A stretch of 29,051 nt of DNA from a virus. Lineage: Duplodnaviria > Heunggongvirae > Uroviricota > Caudoviricetes. Under the pieces are notes generated by a model. That model ran no database searches, was not told the DNA's origin, and saw nothing but the letters and a program-made list of their open reading frames with translations. The translations under genes were made by a program, and so were the position numbers. The DNA is taken from the IMG/VR virus record IMGVR_UViG_2547132278_000023. One strand, written 5' to 3'. Within the stretch, counting starts at the first letter, position 1, and each line of letters begins with the position of its first letter. Below are positions 1-7,470 of the stretch, one piece after another.

Positions 1-1284
1 TTACAGACTTCTGGAAGGTTGCACAGCTCTTACAACACGCGGTTGATCTTCCGCAGCGTCTTCCAGCGCACTTAAATCACGGTCTTTCACTTCTGGCATT
101 TTCAGCGCAGAGATTAAACCAATCACTGAATATGCCATGATCATAATGGCGATCGGATACCAGGATTCCGTCATGGTGCAGAAAATACCCGCCAGGATAG
201 GACCAAAACCGGAAGCGATAAGACCACCAATTTCTTTAGAAATGGCCATCCGGGTAAAGCGGTTTTTACAGCCGAACATTTCTGCCATGGTAATGTTTTC
301 CAGAGCAAATAATCCCAGCACCGCACAGTTATGAATCACAATCAGTGCAACCATAATGGTGCTCGGGGCATAGCTTTTATCTACAATGATAGAAAGCATT
401 GGCCATGCCAGCACAATCGCGGAGGTATTCATAATAATATACGGGATCCGGCGACCAATTTTATCGGATAACCAACCAAGGAACGGAATGGTCATAAAGC
501 CGAGAATCGAACTAATCATCAATGCATCTGTTGGAATTGCTTTGTTAAACAATAACGTCTGCACTAAATAGCCTGCAAGGAAAGTCTGAATTAACCCGGA
601 GTTACCCGCCTGACCAAAACGCAGCCCTGTTGCCAGCCAGAAGGATTTGCTCTGGAACATGCTACCAGCAGGTGCAGGTTTTGCTGTGGGTTGGTTGCTG
701 TCATTAACCTTCTCAAAGACCGGGCTTTCTTTCAGATTCATACGTAACCAGATAGCAAAGACCATCACGACAACGCTCGCCAGGAACGGTATACGCCATC
801 CCCACGCCAGCAGTTCCTCTTTACTGAGAATGAAGAACATAAAGGCCCAGATTGCCGTTGCGCTCAAGGTTCCGCAGTTAGTTCCCATAGCTACAAATGA
901 GGAGATAATTCCGCGCTTACCTTTTGGTGCATATTCCGCCAGCATCGTACCGGCACCGGAAATTTCCGCACCTGCACCCAACCCCTGAATAATACGCAGC
1001 GTCACCAGCAAGATGGGGGCAAAAACACCAATCTGTGCATAGGTCGGTAACACACCAATTAAGGTGGTACAGATCCCCATCATGGTGATGGTAATAAAGA
1101 GCACTTTTTTACGCCCTATTCTGTCGCCCATTTTGCCGAAAATAAATGCTCCGACAATACGCGCCACATAACCTGCACCGTAGGTTCCCATTGCCAAAAT
1201 TAACGCCATTGCCGTTGATGATTCAGGAAAAAATATTTCATGAAACACTAACGCTGCGCCGAGCGAATATAACTGGAAATCCAT
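1..1284 (-). CDS. ydfJ: MFS (metabolite:H+ symporter family) transporter YdfJ, missing about 30 N-terminal residues including part of TM1; truncated by prophage integration
   Basis: 427-aa ORF with multiple hydrophobic helices and an MFS loop motif (GKMGDRIGRKK). Stop codon at 1-3. The N-terminus begins inside what should be TM1 when compared with ProP/KgtP-type transporters. Confidence 0.8.
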   Translation of the reverse strand: MDFQLYSLGAALVFHEIFFPESSTAMALILAMGTYGAGYVARIVGAFIFGKMGDRIGRKKVLFITITMMGICTTLIGVLPTYAQIGVFAPILLVTLRIIQGLGAGAEISGAGTMLAEYAPKGKRGIISSFVAMGTNCGTLSATAIWAFMFFILSKEELLAWGWRIPFLASVVVMVFAIWLRMNLKESPVFEKVNDSNQPTAKPAPAGSMFQSKSFWLATGLRFGQAGNSGLIQTFLAGYLVQTLLFNKAIPTDALMISSILGFMTIPFLGWLSDKIGRRIPYIIMNTSAIVLAWPMLSIIVDKSYAPSTIMVALIVIHNCAVLGLFALENITMAEMFGCKNRFTRMAISKEIGGLIASGFGPILAGIFCTMTESWYPIAIMIMAYSVIGLISALKMPEVKDRDLSALEDAAEDQPRVVRAVQPSRSL

Positions 1285-1503
1285 AATTCATAGATATTTT
1301 TTACCATCCTATGGATTTTTGGGCGTTTTCTAAGTTTTTTCAGATGGTTGTATTTTTTCTAAAAACTCCTGATCTCGATTTTGCTGTTTGTCTGAGACCT
1401 TTTTATGTCCCATATATGCCCCAAGGTGCCCCATGTAAATCCAATTCAACTCAAAGCATCCCTGTTCAATATTTTTACAAGGGGCTTGCATATCAGTGTT
1501 TTT
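1285..1503. other. Prophage/host junction (att) region between truncated ydfJ and the last phage gene
   Basis: AT-rich 219-bp non-coding gap between the ydfJ ORF start and the tail-fiber chaperone stop. Exact att core not determinable without the other prophage end. Confidence 0.4.
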
Positions 1504-2070
1504 TTATTGCGTAACGTCAAACGCTCGGATTGAGCGTAAATCATCAAGATTATTCAGCTCTTCCTTCATCTCCCGCTGACGACGATAAATCTCGTCATTG
1601 CGATCGGCCTGTGCCCGTGCCATTACTGCCGCAAGTTCTTCCAGTTCCTGCATCGTCAGGAGGATTGGCGTATTCTCTCCATCTCCCCAAACAATTGTTT
1701 CTCTGCCAGCTCCTGATTTCGCCGCCATTACCACTGGTAAGAGGCGGGACAGCGAAACCGGACCAGCATTCCATTTGTGACCTTTCCATTCCAGCATGAA
1801 CGACATGGACTCCTGTTCCTGACGCCATACTTCGATCTCACACACTTTAGCCTCTTTTTCTGCGGCAATAAGTTCAGGCGTAACGGTAAACCGGGCTATT
1901 CCGCCCCACTTCCCGCTTTGCAGTTCCTGCCAGACCTGTTTACCCATTTCCGCAACATCATTCTCAACAGCGGTATAAGGTAGATGTACCTCCTGCCCCT
2001 CCAAAAGCACTTCACAATATACAGCACCATCCTCCAGAAACATGGCATTTCTTATATTTTTTATCTGCAT
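1504..2070 (-). CDS. Putative tail fiber assembly/chaperone protein (not lambda Tfa type)
   Basis: 188-aa ORF starting 7 nt downstream of the stf stop on the same strand, the position of tfa in lambdoid phages. Sequence does not resemble lambda Tfa as I recall it; the DUF4376-like assignment is tentative. Confidence 0.5.
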   Translation of the reverse strand: MQIKNIRNAMFLEDGAVYCEVLLEGQEVHLPYTAVENDVAEMGKQVWQELQSGKWGGIARFTVTPELIAAEKEAKVCEIEVWRQEQESMSFMLEWKGHKWNAGPVSLSRLLPVVMAAKSGAGRETIVWGDGENTPILLTMQELEELAAVMARAQADRNDEIYRRQREMKEELNNLDDLRSIRAFDVTQ

Positions 2071-2076
2071 ACTCTG

Positions 2077-4035
2077 TCACCCGACCCGCACAAATAATCC
2101 TATATACGCTTCCTTTCCGTTGGTGGTATAAAGACCATCTCCCCCCAGAGACTGATACACTCCGGGAAATGCCGATGTATTCGTTCTGCCAATGACAAAC
2201 GTTGCCTCCCCTTTCATTGTGCCTGCTCCTGTCACGCCTCCCACTACTATTTCCACCGGCGCAAGTGCTTTTCCCGGGCATGGTTGTCCACGACTCAGGC
2301 GCATTAAAACTCCACCTTCCGCTACTCCCAAAAAAGCTGCCATAACCACACTGCCGATATCCGGTTTCGGCGAACTGATACTTCTTAAAAATTCATCCTT
2401 TGATAATTTGCTCTGAGCCTCATCCATTACCACTTTGACCGCTTTTGGGGTTGCCGCCAGTGACTCGGAAGTGCTGTTTGTCGCACTACTGAGTTGTACT
2501 ATCCCTTTCTGTGCTGTCGTTGCATTCTGTGCGGTGTATTTCCCGTTAGCCAGGTCATACGCGGCCTTAACTGCTTTTGGCGTTGCCGCCAGTGACTCGG
2601 AAGTACTGTTTGTCGCACTGCTGAGTTGTACTATCCCCTTTTTCGTCGTGCTCGCATCCTCAAGCGCCACGGCGTATGCAATATCCTCTGCCCGTTTTGC
2701 TGCTGTCTCGGCGCGCGTTGCTGCGGATTCTGCCGTACTCTTGCTCTGTGCTGCCGCCGTCGCACTACCAGCTGCCTCGGTCGCTTTCGTGGATGCCGTC
2801 GTGGCACTTCCCTTCGCTGCTGACGCCTGTTTAGTCGCCTCATCTTTTGAAGCAGACGCAGATGATGCCGATGACGCCGCCGAACTGGCGGACGATGCGG
2901 CAGCCGTTTTTGAGGATTCTGCGCTGGTTTCCGACGCTTTCGCGTTCGTTTCGGATGTCTTCGCTGCGGAAGCAGACCTCGCTGCTGCGCTGGCCTGTTC
3001 AGCGGCTTCGCCAGCCTTCGTTGTGGCTGTTGAAGCAGACGATGCGGCACTTTCTGCCGATTTTCCGGCGGCGGTGGCACTGGCTGAGGCCTGCCCGGCA
3101 CTTGTTGACGCGGCACTGGCAGACGACGCAGCCGCTGTTTTTGAGCCTGCCGCAGCTGAGGCGCTCTGTCCCGCTGCCGTCTCAGAAGACTTAGCGTTCG
3201 TCTCGGACGTTTTTGCCGCCTTCGCGGAATTTCCTGCCGCCGTTGCCGAGGAAGCGGCACTACTGGCGCTCGAGGATGCGTTCGTTTCTGATGATTTCGC
3301 TGCCTCTTTTGAGGCCGCCGCATCCCGGGCTGAGGTGGCAGCTTCTGAGGCTTTCGTAGTCGCGGTGGATGCAGAAGTGGCTGCTGATTGTTGTGACGCT
3401 GCGGCATTCGTTTCTGACGTTTTCGCCGCACCGGCACTGGTGGCCGCCGCGCTTTTTGAGGACTCTGCAGCGGCAGCACTTTTTGATGCCTCAGAGGCTT
3501 TTGCTGATGCCGTTCCCGCGCTGGAAAAAGCCTCCTGAGCCGACGTCGCGGCCTGTCCGGCTGACGTGCTGGCGGCACGAGCTGAGCCTGCAGCATCAGT
3601 CGCATGGGTTGCCGCCTCACGGGCTGATGTGCTGGCATCGCTGGCTGACTTCTTCGCGGCTGCCGTGTTCTGTGCCACCGCGGACGCGTTACGCGCCACC
3701 TCTTCCACCATCAGTTCAAAACGGCGCAGTGCCTCAGGACGGGCATCATCCTCCGTCATGGCACCGAGAAAATCATTCAGCGTACCGGGTCGGGAATCTT
3801 CATACACGGTGATGGTCCCGGCATGTGACGGCGGGAATCCCTCCACCAACAGAATAACGCTGTACTGCCCGTACTCAACGTCCATGCTGTAACGCCCGGC
3901 TTCATCCGGATTTTCTGAGGCCAGCGTGTTCACCACCACCGTGGTGCTGTTACGTTTTGCTTTCAGCTGGATTGTGCAGTTCTGTACCGGTTTTCCTGTG
4001 CCGTCTTTCAGTACACCTGAAATCTTTACTGCCAT
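2077..4035 (-). CDS. stf: Side tail fiber protein Stf: lambda-like N-terminal and Ala/Ser/Thr-rich shaft, divergent C-terminal tip
   Basis: N-terminus MAVKISGVLKDGTGKPVQNCTIQLKA... and the A/S/T-rich repeats match lambda Stf as recalled. The conserved fiber motif KGIVQLSSATNSTSESLAATPKAVK occurs twice. Track ORF starts 2 codons upstream (MNMAVK), so start is 4035 or 4041. Confidence 0.85.
   Translation of the reverse strand: MAVKISGVLKDGTGKPVQNCTIQLKAKRNSTTVVVNTLASENPDEAGRYSMDVEYGQYSVILLVEGFPPSHAGTITVYEDSRPGTLNDFLGAMTEDDARPEALRRFELMVEEVARNASAVAQNTAAAKKSASDASTSAREAATHATDAAGSARAASTSAGQAATSAQEAFSSAGTASAKASEASKSAAAAESSKSAAATSAGAAKTSETNAAASQQSAATSASTATTKASEAATSARDAAASKEAAKSSETNASSSASSAASSATAAGNSAKAAKTSETNAKSSETAAGQSASAAAGSKTAAASSASAASTSAGQASASATAAGKSAESAASSASTATTKAGEAAEQASAAARSASAAKTSETNAKASETSAESSKTAAASSASSAASSASSASASKDEATKQASAAKGSATTASTKATEAAGSATAAAQSKSTAESAATRAETAAKRAEDIAYAVALEDASTTKKGIVQLSSATNSTSESLAATPKAVKAAYDLANGKYTAQNATTAQKGIVQLSSATNSTSESLAATPKAVKVVMDEAQSKLSKDEFLRSISSPKPDIGSVVMAAFLGVAEGGVLMRLSRGQPCPGKALAPVEIVVGGVTGAGTMKGEATFVIGRTNTSAFPGVYQSLGGDGLYTTNGKEAYIGLFVRVG
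2430..2645. repeat. Two near-identical direct repeats of about 75 bp, separated by about 60 bp, inside stf
   Basis: The repeat encodes the duplicated KGIVQLSSATNSTSESLAATPKAVK motif and shows on the antisense frame as the repeated peptide TAFGVAASDSEVLFVALLSCTIPF. Coordinates approximate. Confidence 0.5.
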
Positions 4036-4099
4036 ATTCACCCCACAAAAAAGCCCTCCTGAACCGGCGGGCTGTCATAACACTGTGTTACCTGGCTAA

Positions 4100-4699
4100 T
4101 CAGAATTTATAACCGACACCCACAATGAAACCGTCAGTGCGCCAGTCACCACTGCCGGAGCCTTCATAAGCAATATCAATGGCCACGGATTCGGTCGGGT
4201 TAAACTGCACGCCAGCCCCCCACGCCAGAGACGTGTTGCTGTGGCGACCGTCATCACTTCCGGTCAGCACATCATGCGTTTTCCCCGTATTGTCGGTCAC
4301 CTGCAGATAATCCCCGGAGAAAGTCGACACACGGCTGTAAGCCACACCCGCCATCGCATACGCGCTGAACCATTCATTCACGCGCACAGACGGTCCCGCC
4401 ATCACGCTGAACCAGCGGTTACGCACGGAATCCTCATGCCAGCGGGTATCGCTGTAATGCGTTTTTTGCTCATCTTCAGCGTTGGCATAACTGAATGACG
4501 TAATCAGCCCCAGCGTGTCCGTAAACTCATAACGGTATTTCACGTTAATCCCGTTCAGATTATCGCTGCCGGGAGCGTTCGTACGGGCATGAAGATACCC
4601 TGCGCTCAGTGTGGCCTGCTGCTCAGACGCCCATGCAGGCGCACCGGATACGGCCAGACAGATGGCTGCGGACAAAATGGCTGCATAAACTTTACGCAT
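4100..4699 (-). CDS. lom: Outer membrane protein Lom (Ail/Lom family beta-barrel)
   Basis: 199 aa with signal peptide MRKVYAAILSAAICLAVSGAPAWA and C-terminus ...AYEGSGSGDWRTDGFIVGVGYKF identical in character to lambda Lom. Sits directly after J as in lambda. Confidence 0.9.
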   Translation of the reverse strand: MRKVYAAILSAAICLAVSGAPAWASEQQATLSAGYLHARTNAPGSDNLNGINVKYRYEFTDTLGLITSFSYANAEDEQKTHYSDTRWHEDSVRNRWFSVMAGPSVRVNEWFSAYAMAGVAYSRVSTFSGDYLQVTDNTGKTHDVLTGSDDGRHSNTSLAWGAGVQFNPTESVAIDIAYEGSGSGDWRTDGFIVGVGYKF

Positions 4700-4720
4700 A
4701 ATTACCTCTCGCTTTTCTGC

Positions 4721-4748
4721 AATAAAAAAGGCGCCATTTCTGGCGCCC
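4721..4748 (-). terminator. Rho-independent terminator-like hairpin downstream of the original J stop (tJ-like)
   Basis: Palindrome ggcgcc-atttct-ggcgcc followed on the minus strand by a run of T (aaaaaa on plus), between the original J stop and the lom RBS. Confidence 0.45.
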
Positions 4749-4780
4749 GTATTGGGGTTATAAAATTCAGCTGATACTGA

Positions 4781-4788
4781 TGCCTGCG
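4781..4788. repeat. 8-bp target site duplication (TGCCTGCG), left copy
   Basis: Identical octamer immediately flanks both ends of the IS66-family element (second copy at 7488-7495). Confidence 0.6.
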
Positions 4789-4818
4789 GTAAGCGACTCG
4801 TCAGAACCGTATTGATAT

Positions 4819-6390
4819 TTACTGAGAGCTCAGATCAACTTTCCAGGGCAACAGATCGCGTACCCGGTTTGCCGGCCAGTCCTGGATATGTTCAATGACG
4901 TAACGCAGCCACTTTTCTGGCTCCACATTGTTCAGACGGCATGTGCCGATCAGCGAGTACAACACCGCCGCATGTTCACCACCGCTGTCGGAACCCGCGA
5001 ACATCCAGTTTTTCCGGCCTACGGCCACTCCCCGTAAGGCGTTCTCTGCGATGTTGTTGTCGATTTCCACCCAGCCATTACTGCAGTACACGTTCAGTGC
5101 ATCCCACTGTTTCAGCAGGTATGCGAACGCTTTTGCCGTATCTGAGTGACGCGACAGTGTTTTCATCTGTTGCTGTATCCAGTCATACAGTGACTGCATC
5201 AGTGGCGCGGCTCTGGCTTTTCTTGCCGCCAGACGCTGTTCTGCTGAACAGCCCCGGACCTCTGCCTCGATGGCATACAGTTCACCGATACGCTGCAGGG
5301 CTTCCGTGGTGATGTAGGTGGGCGCTCTTGCATGCACATCGTGGATTTTTCTCCGGGCATGAGCCATACACGCGGCTTCCGTTATTCTGCCGGATTCGTA
5401 TAACGCCCGGTAACCACCGTAAGCATCGGCCTGAAGCACACCGCTGTAACCGGCCAGGTGATTTTGTGGATGGATACCTTTCCGGTCCGGACTGTACGCG
5501 AACCAGACCGCCGGGGGCATCTGTGAACCGGCGTTACGGTCATCACGGACGTAGACCCACAGCCGGGCTGTCCGGGTTTTACCGCTGCCCGGCTCCTGGA
5601 CCGGGACGGGGATATCATCAGCATGGACTTTACCGGGCATCAGCACATACTGGCGCAGGACGTCATACAGCGGCTCCAGCAGTTCAGCAACAGCACCTGT
5701 CCAGCGCCCCAGTGTGGCACGGCTCAGCTCCACTCCCTGACGACGGTATATTTCTGACTGGCGGTATAACGGCAGATGGTCTGCATATTTCCCGGTGACA
5801 ACATGGGCCAGAAGCCCCGCTCCGGCATAACTGCGTGCAATGGGTTTTGAAGGTACTGGTGCCTGCACGATATGGTCGCACCGGCAACAGGCCTGTTTCG
5901 GACGTTGTGTTTCGATAACCTTAAAGGCGCTGCTGATAAGCTCCAGTTGCTCTGACACATCACATCCCAGAGAACTGAGTTCACCACCACAGGCAGGACA
6001 GCATTCCTCTTCCGGCCGGATAACCCGGGTTTCACGGGGAAGTGAGGCCGGTAACGGTTTACGGGCTGAAGACTGGCGCAGGGCGGATGGCAGTACCGGG
6101 TCATATTGCTCACCCAGCGTTTCCGCCATTTCTTCCTGAAGTGCGCTGATTCGCTCCTGTGCTTCCTGTATCTGCCGTTCGGTTTTTGCACGAAGTTTTT
6201 CTGAGCTTTTACCGAACTGCATACGTTGCAGTTTCGCAACCAGCGCCTTCAGCCGGTTGATTTCGGAAGCATAAGCCGCCACCCGCTGTGAGAGCAGGCG
6301 GTTGTATTCAGCCATCTGGCGGATGGTGTCCTGTTGCGTCTGCAACAGTGCCCGCAGGCGGGCGTTCTCATGAGCAAGTGAGGTGTCCAT
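4819..6390 (-). CDS. tnpC: IS66-family transposase TnpC
   Basis: 523 aa with a leucine-zipper-like N-terminus, CxxC...CxxC zinc-finger region and DDE core typical of IS66 transposases. Confidence 0.9.
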   Translation of the reverse strand: MDTSLAHENARLRALLQTQQDTIRQMAEYNRLLSQRVAAYASEINRLKALVAKLQRMQFGKSSEKLRAKTERQIQEAQERISALQEEMAETLGEQYDPVLPSALRQSSARKPLPASLPRETRVIRPEEECCPACGGELSSLGCDVSEQLELISSAFKVIETQRPKQACCRCDHIVQAPVPSKPIARSYAGAGLLAHVVTGKYADHLPLYRQSEIYRRQGVELSRATLGRWTGAVAELLEPLYDVLRQYVLMPGKVHADDIPVPVQEPGSGKTRTARLWVYVRDDRNAGSQMPPAVWFAYSPDRKGIHPQNHLAGYSGVLQADAYGGYRALYESGRITEAACMAHARRKIHDVHARAPTYITTEALQRIGELYAIEAEVRGCSAEQRLAARKARAAPLMQSLYDWIQQQMKTLSRHSDTAKAFAYLLKQWDALNVYCSNGWVEIDNNIAENALRGVAVGRKNWMFAGSDSGGEHAAVLYSLIGTCRLNNVEPEKWLRYVIEHIQDWPANRVRDLLPWKVDLSSQ

Positions 6391-6409
6391 ATCCTCACTT
6401 TACAACGGG

Positions 6410-6757
6410 TTATATGCGGATTCCAGCGCGTTCCGTTCGTTTCGGGTGCTTCCAGTTGATACCTTCAAGAAGCATGGATAACTGAGCCGGAGTAAGGTGC
6501 ACCTTGCCGTCACGGGTGACTGGCCAGACGAAGCGGCCCCGCTCCAGGCGTTTGGTGAAGAGGCACAGTCCGTCACTGTCAGCCCACAACACTTTTATCT
6601 GGTCACCCCGGCGTCCGCGGAAGATGAACAGGTGTCCGGAGAACGGGTCATCCTTCAGGACGTTCTGAACTTTTGATGCCAGGCCGTTAAAGCCATTTCG
6701 CATATCGGTGATACCTGCAACCAGCCAGATACGCGAACCTGCAGGGAGAGATATCAT
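6410..6757 (-). CDS. tnpB: IS66-family accessory protein TnpB (orf2)
   Basis: 115-aa ORF between tnpA and tnpC, typical size, sequence and position for IS66 orf2. Confidence 0.85.
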   Translation of the reverse strand: MISLPAGSRIWLVAGITDMRNGFNGLASKVQNVLKDDPFSGHLFIFRGRRGDQIKVLWADSDGLCLFTKRLERGRFVWPVTRDGKVHLTPAQLSMLLEGINWKHPKRTERAGIRI

Positions 6758-7434
6758 CAGTGGCTGCTCCCTTTTATTTCGCGGATAAGTGTCTGTAATA
6801 ACGCCGGCGTCAGTTTACCTTTAAGCCTGAGAGTTCCGGCCGGCAGAACCAGCTCACAACACAGACTGTCGGGCGGTGTATTTATCTGCTCTGGTTCCTG
6901 TGCGGGGGCCGGGATTTTATTATCCGGCTCCGGCGTTAACGTCACGGGAAGCAGTGCCGGCATATTTTTTCCGGAAGGCAGCAGGCCACCTTTCCGGTAT
7001 TGATGGCGCCAGTTGAAGAGCAGGTTATCGTTGATTCCGTTTTCCCGGGCGATCTGCGCCACACAGGCTCCGGGCTGCAGTGACTGCTCCACTAAGGCGA
7101 TTTTAAACTCATAAGGGAAGTTGGGCCGCCGGGGACGTTTTTTTACCACGGGGGCTTCGGATATAACGGTGCTTTCAGGACGTACGACTGGTACCGTGGA
7201 AAATTGTCCGTAAAGGCAGGCATCAAGTTCCTGCTCCGACATGCCTGCGGGCAAAGGCCACGAAAGGCCAGCTCTCCGAAAGCGCACGAACATACTACAA
7301 ACAGTTGATTTTGGTACACCCAGGCGACGCCCGGCCACAACCCGGGGTAAATGTTCTTCAAAGTGAAGACGTAAAGCTTCAGTGATCCAGGTCCGGTGTT
7401 TCATACGATAGTGTCCATTAAAAATGATGGACAT
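6757..7434 (-). CDS. tnpA: IS66-family accessory protein TnpA (orf1); true start probably internal to this ORF
   Basis: Contains the HTH region ...VAQIARENGINDNLLFNWRHQYRKG characteristic of IS66 orf1. Stop overlaps the tnpB start by 1 nt. The 225-aa track ORF is longer than typical orf1. Confidence 0.7.
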   Translation of the reverse strand: MSIIFNGHYRMKHRTWITEALRLHFEEHLPRVVAGRRLGVPKSTVCSMFVRFRRAGLSWPLPAGMSEQELDACLYGQFSTVPVVRPESTVISEAPVVKKRPRRPNFPYEFKIALVEQSLQPGACVAQIARENGINDNLLFNWRHQYRKGGLLPSGKNMPALLPVTLTPEPDNKIPAPAQEPEQINTPPDSLCCELVLPAGTLRLKGKLTPALLQTLIREIKGSSH

Positions 7435-7470
7435 TATTTTTGTAGAGCCGGAGGAAACAGACCAGACGGT

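Noticed and set aside
1311-1514. 67-aa plus-strand ORF in the ydfJ/tfa gap
   Set aside because: Lies in the AT-rich junction region, has no RBS and a Phe/Leu-rich low-complexity product; most likely non-coding att-region sequence.
1504-2070. Assignment of the 188-aa ORF as a lambda Tfa orthologue
   Set aside because: The sequence does not resemble lambda Tfa as I recall it. Kept only as a position-based tail-fiber chaperone call of a different family.
2430-2645. Possible CRISPR-like repeat array
   Set aside because: Only two repeat copies of about 75 bp, lying inside a coding sequence and encoding a duplicated protein motif; no spacer/repeat periodicity and no cas genes.
2435-3638. Long overlapping ORFs inside stf (367 aa on plus strand, 335 aa Arg/Pro/Gln-rich on minus strand in another frame)
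   Set aside because: Artefacts of the repetitive GC-rich A/S/T-coding shaft region of stf; they merely mirror the stf repeats. The true gene is the 654-aa frame with the lambda-like N-terminus.
4928-6139. Multiple ORFs (about 70-170 aa) on both strands inside the IS66 element
   Set aside because: They overlap tnpC in alternative frames or antisense. IS66-family elements are known to encode only the three co-oriented ORFs.
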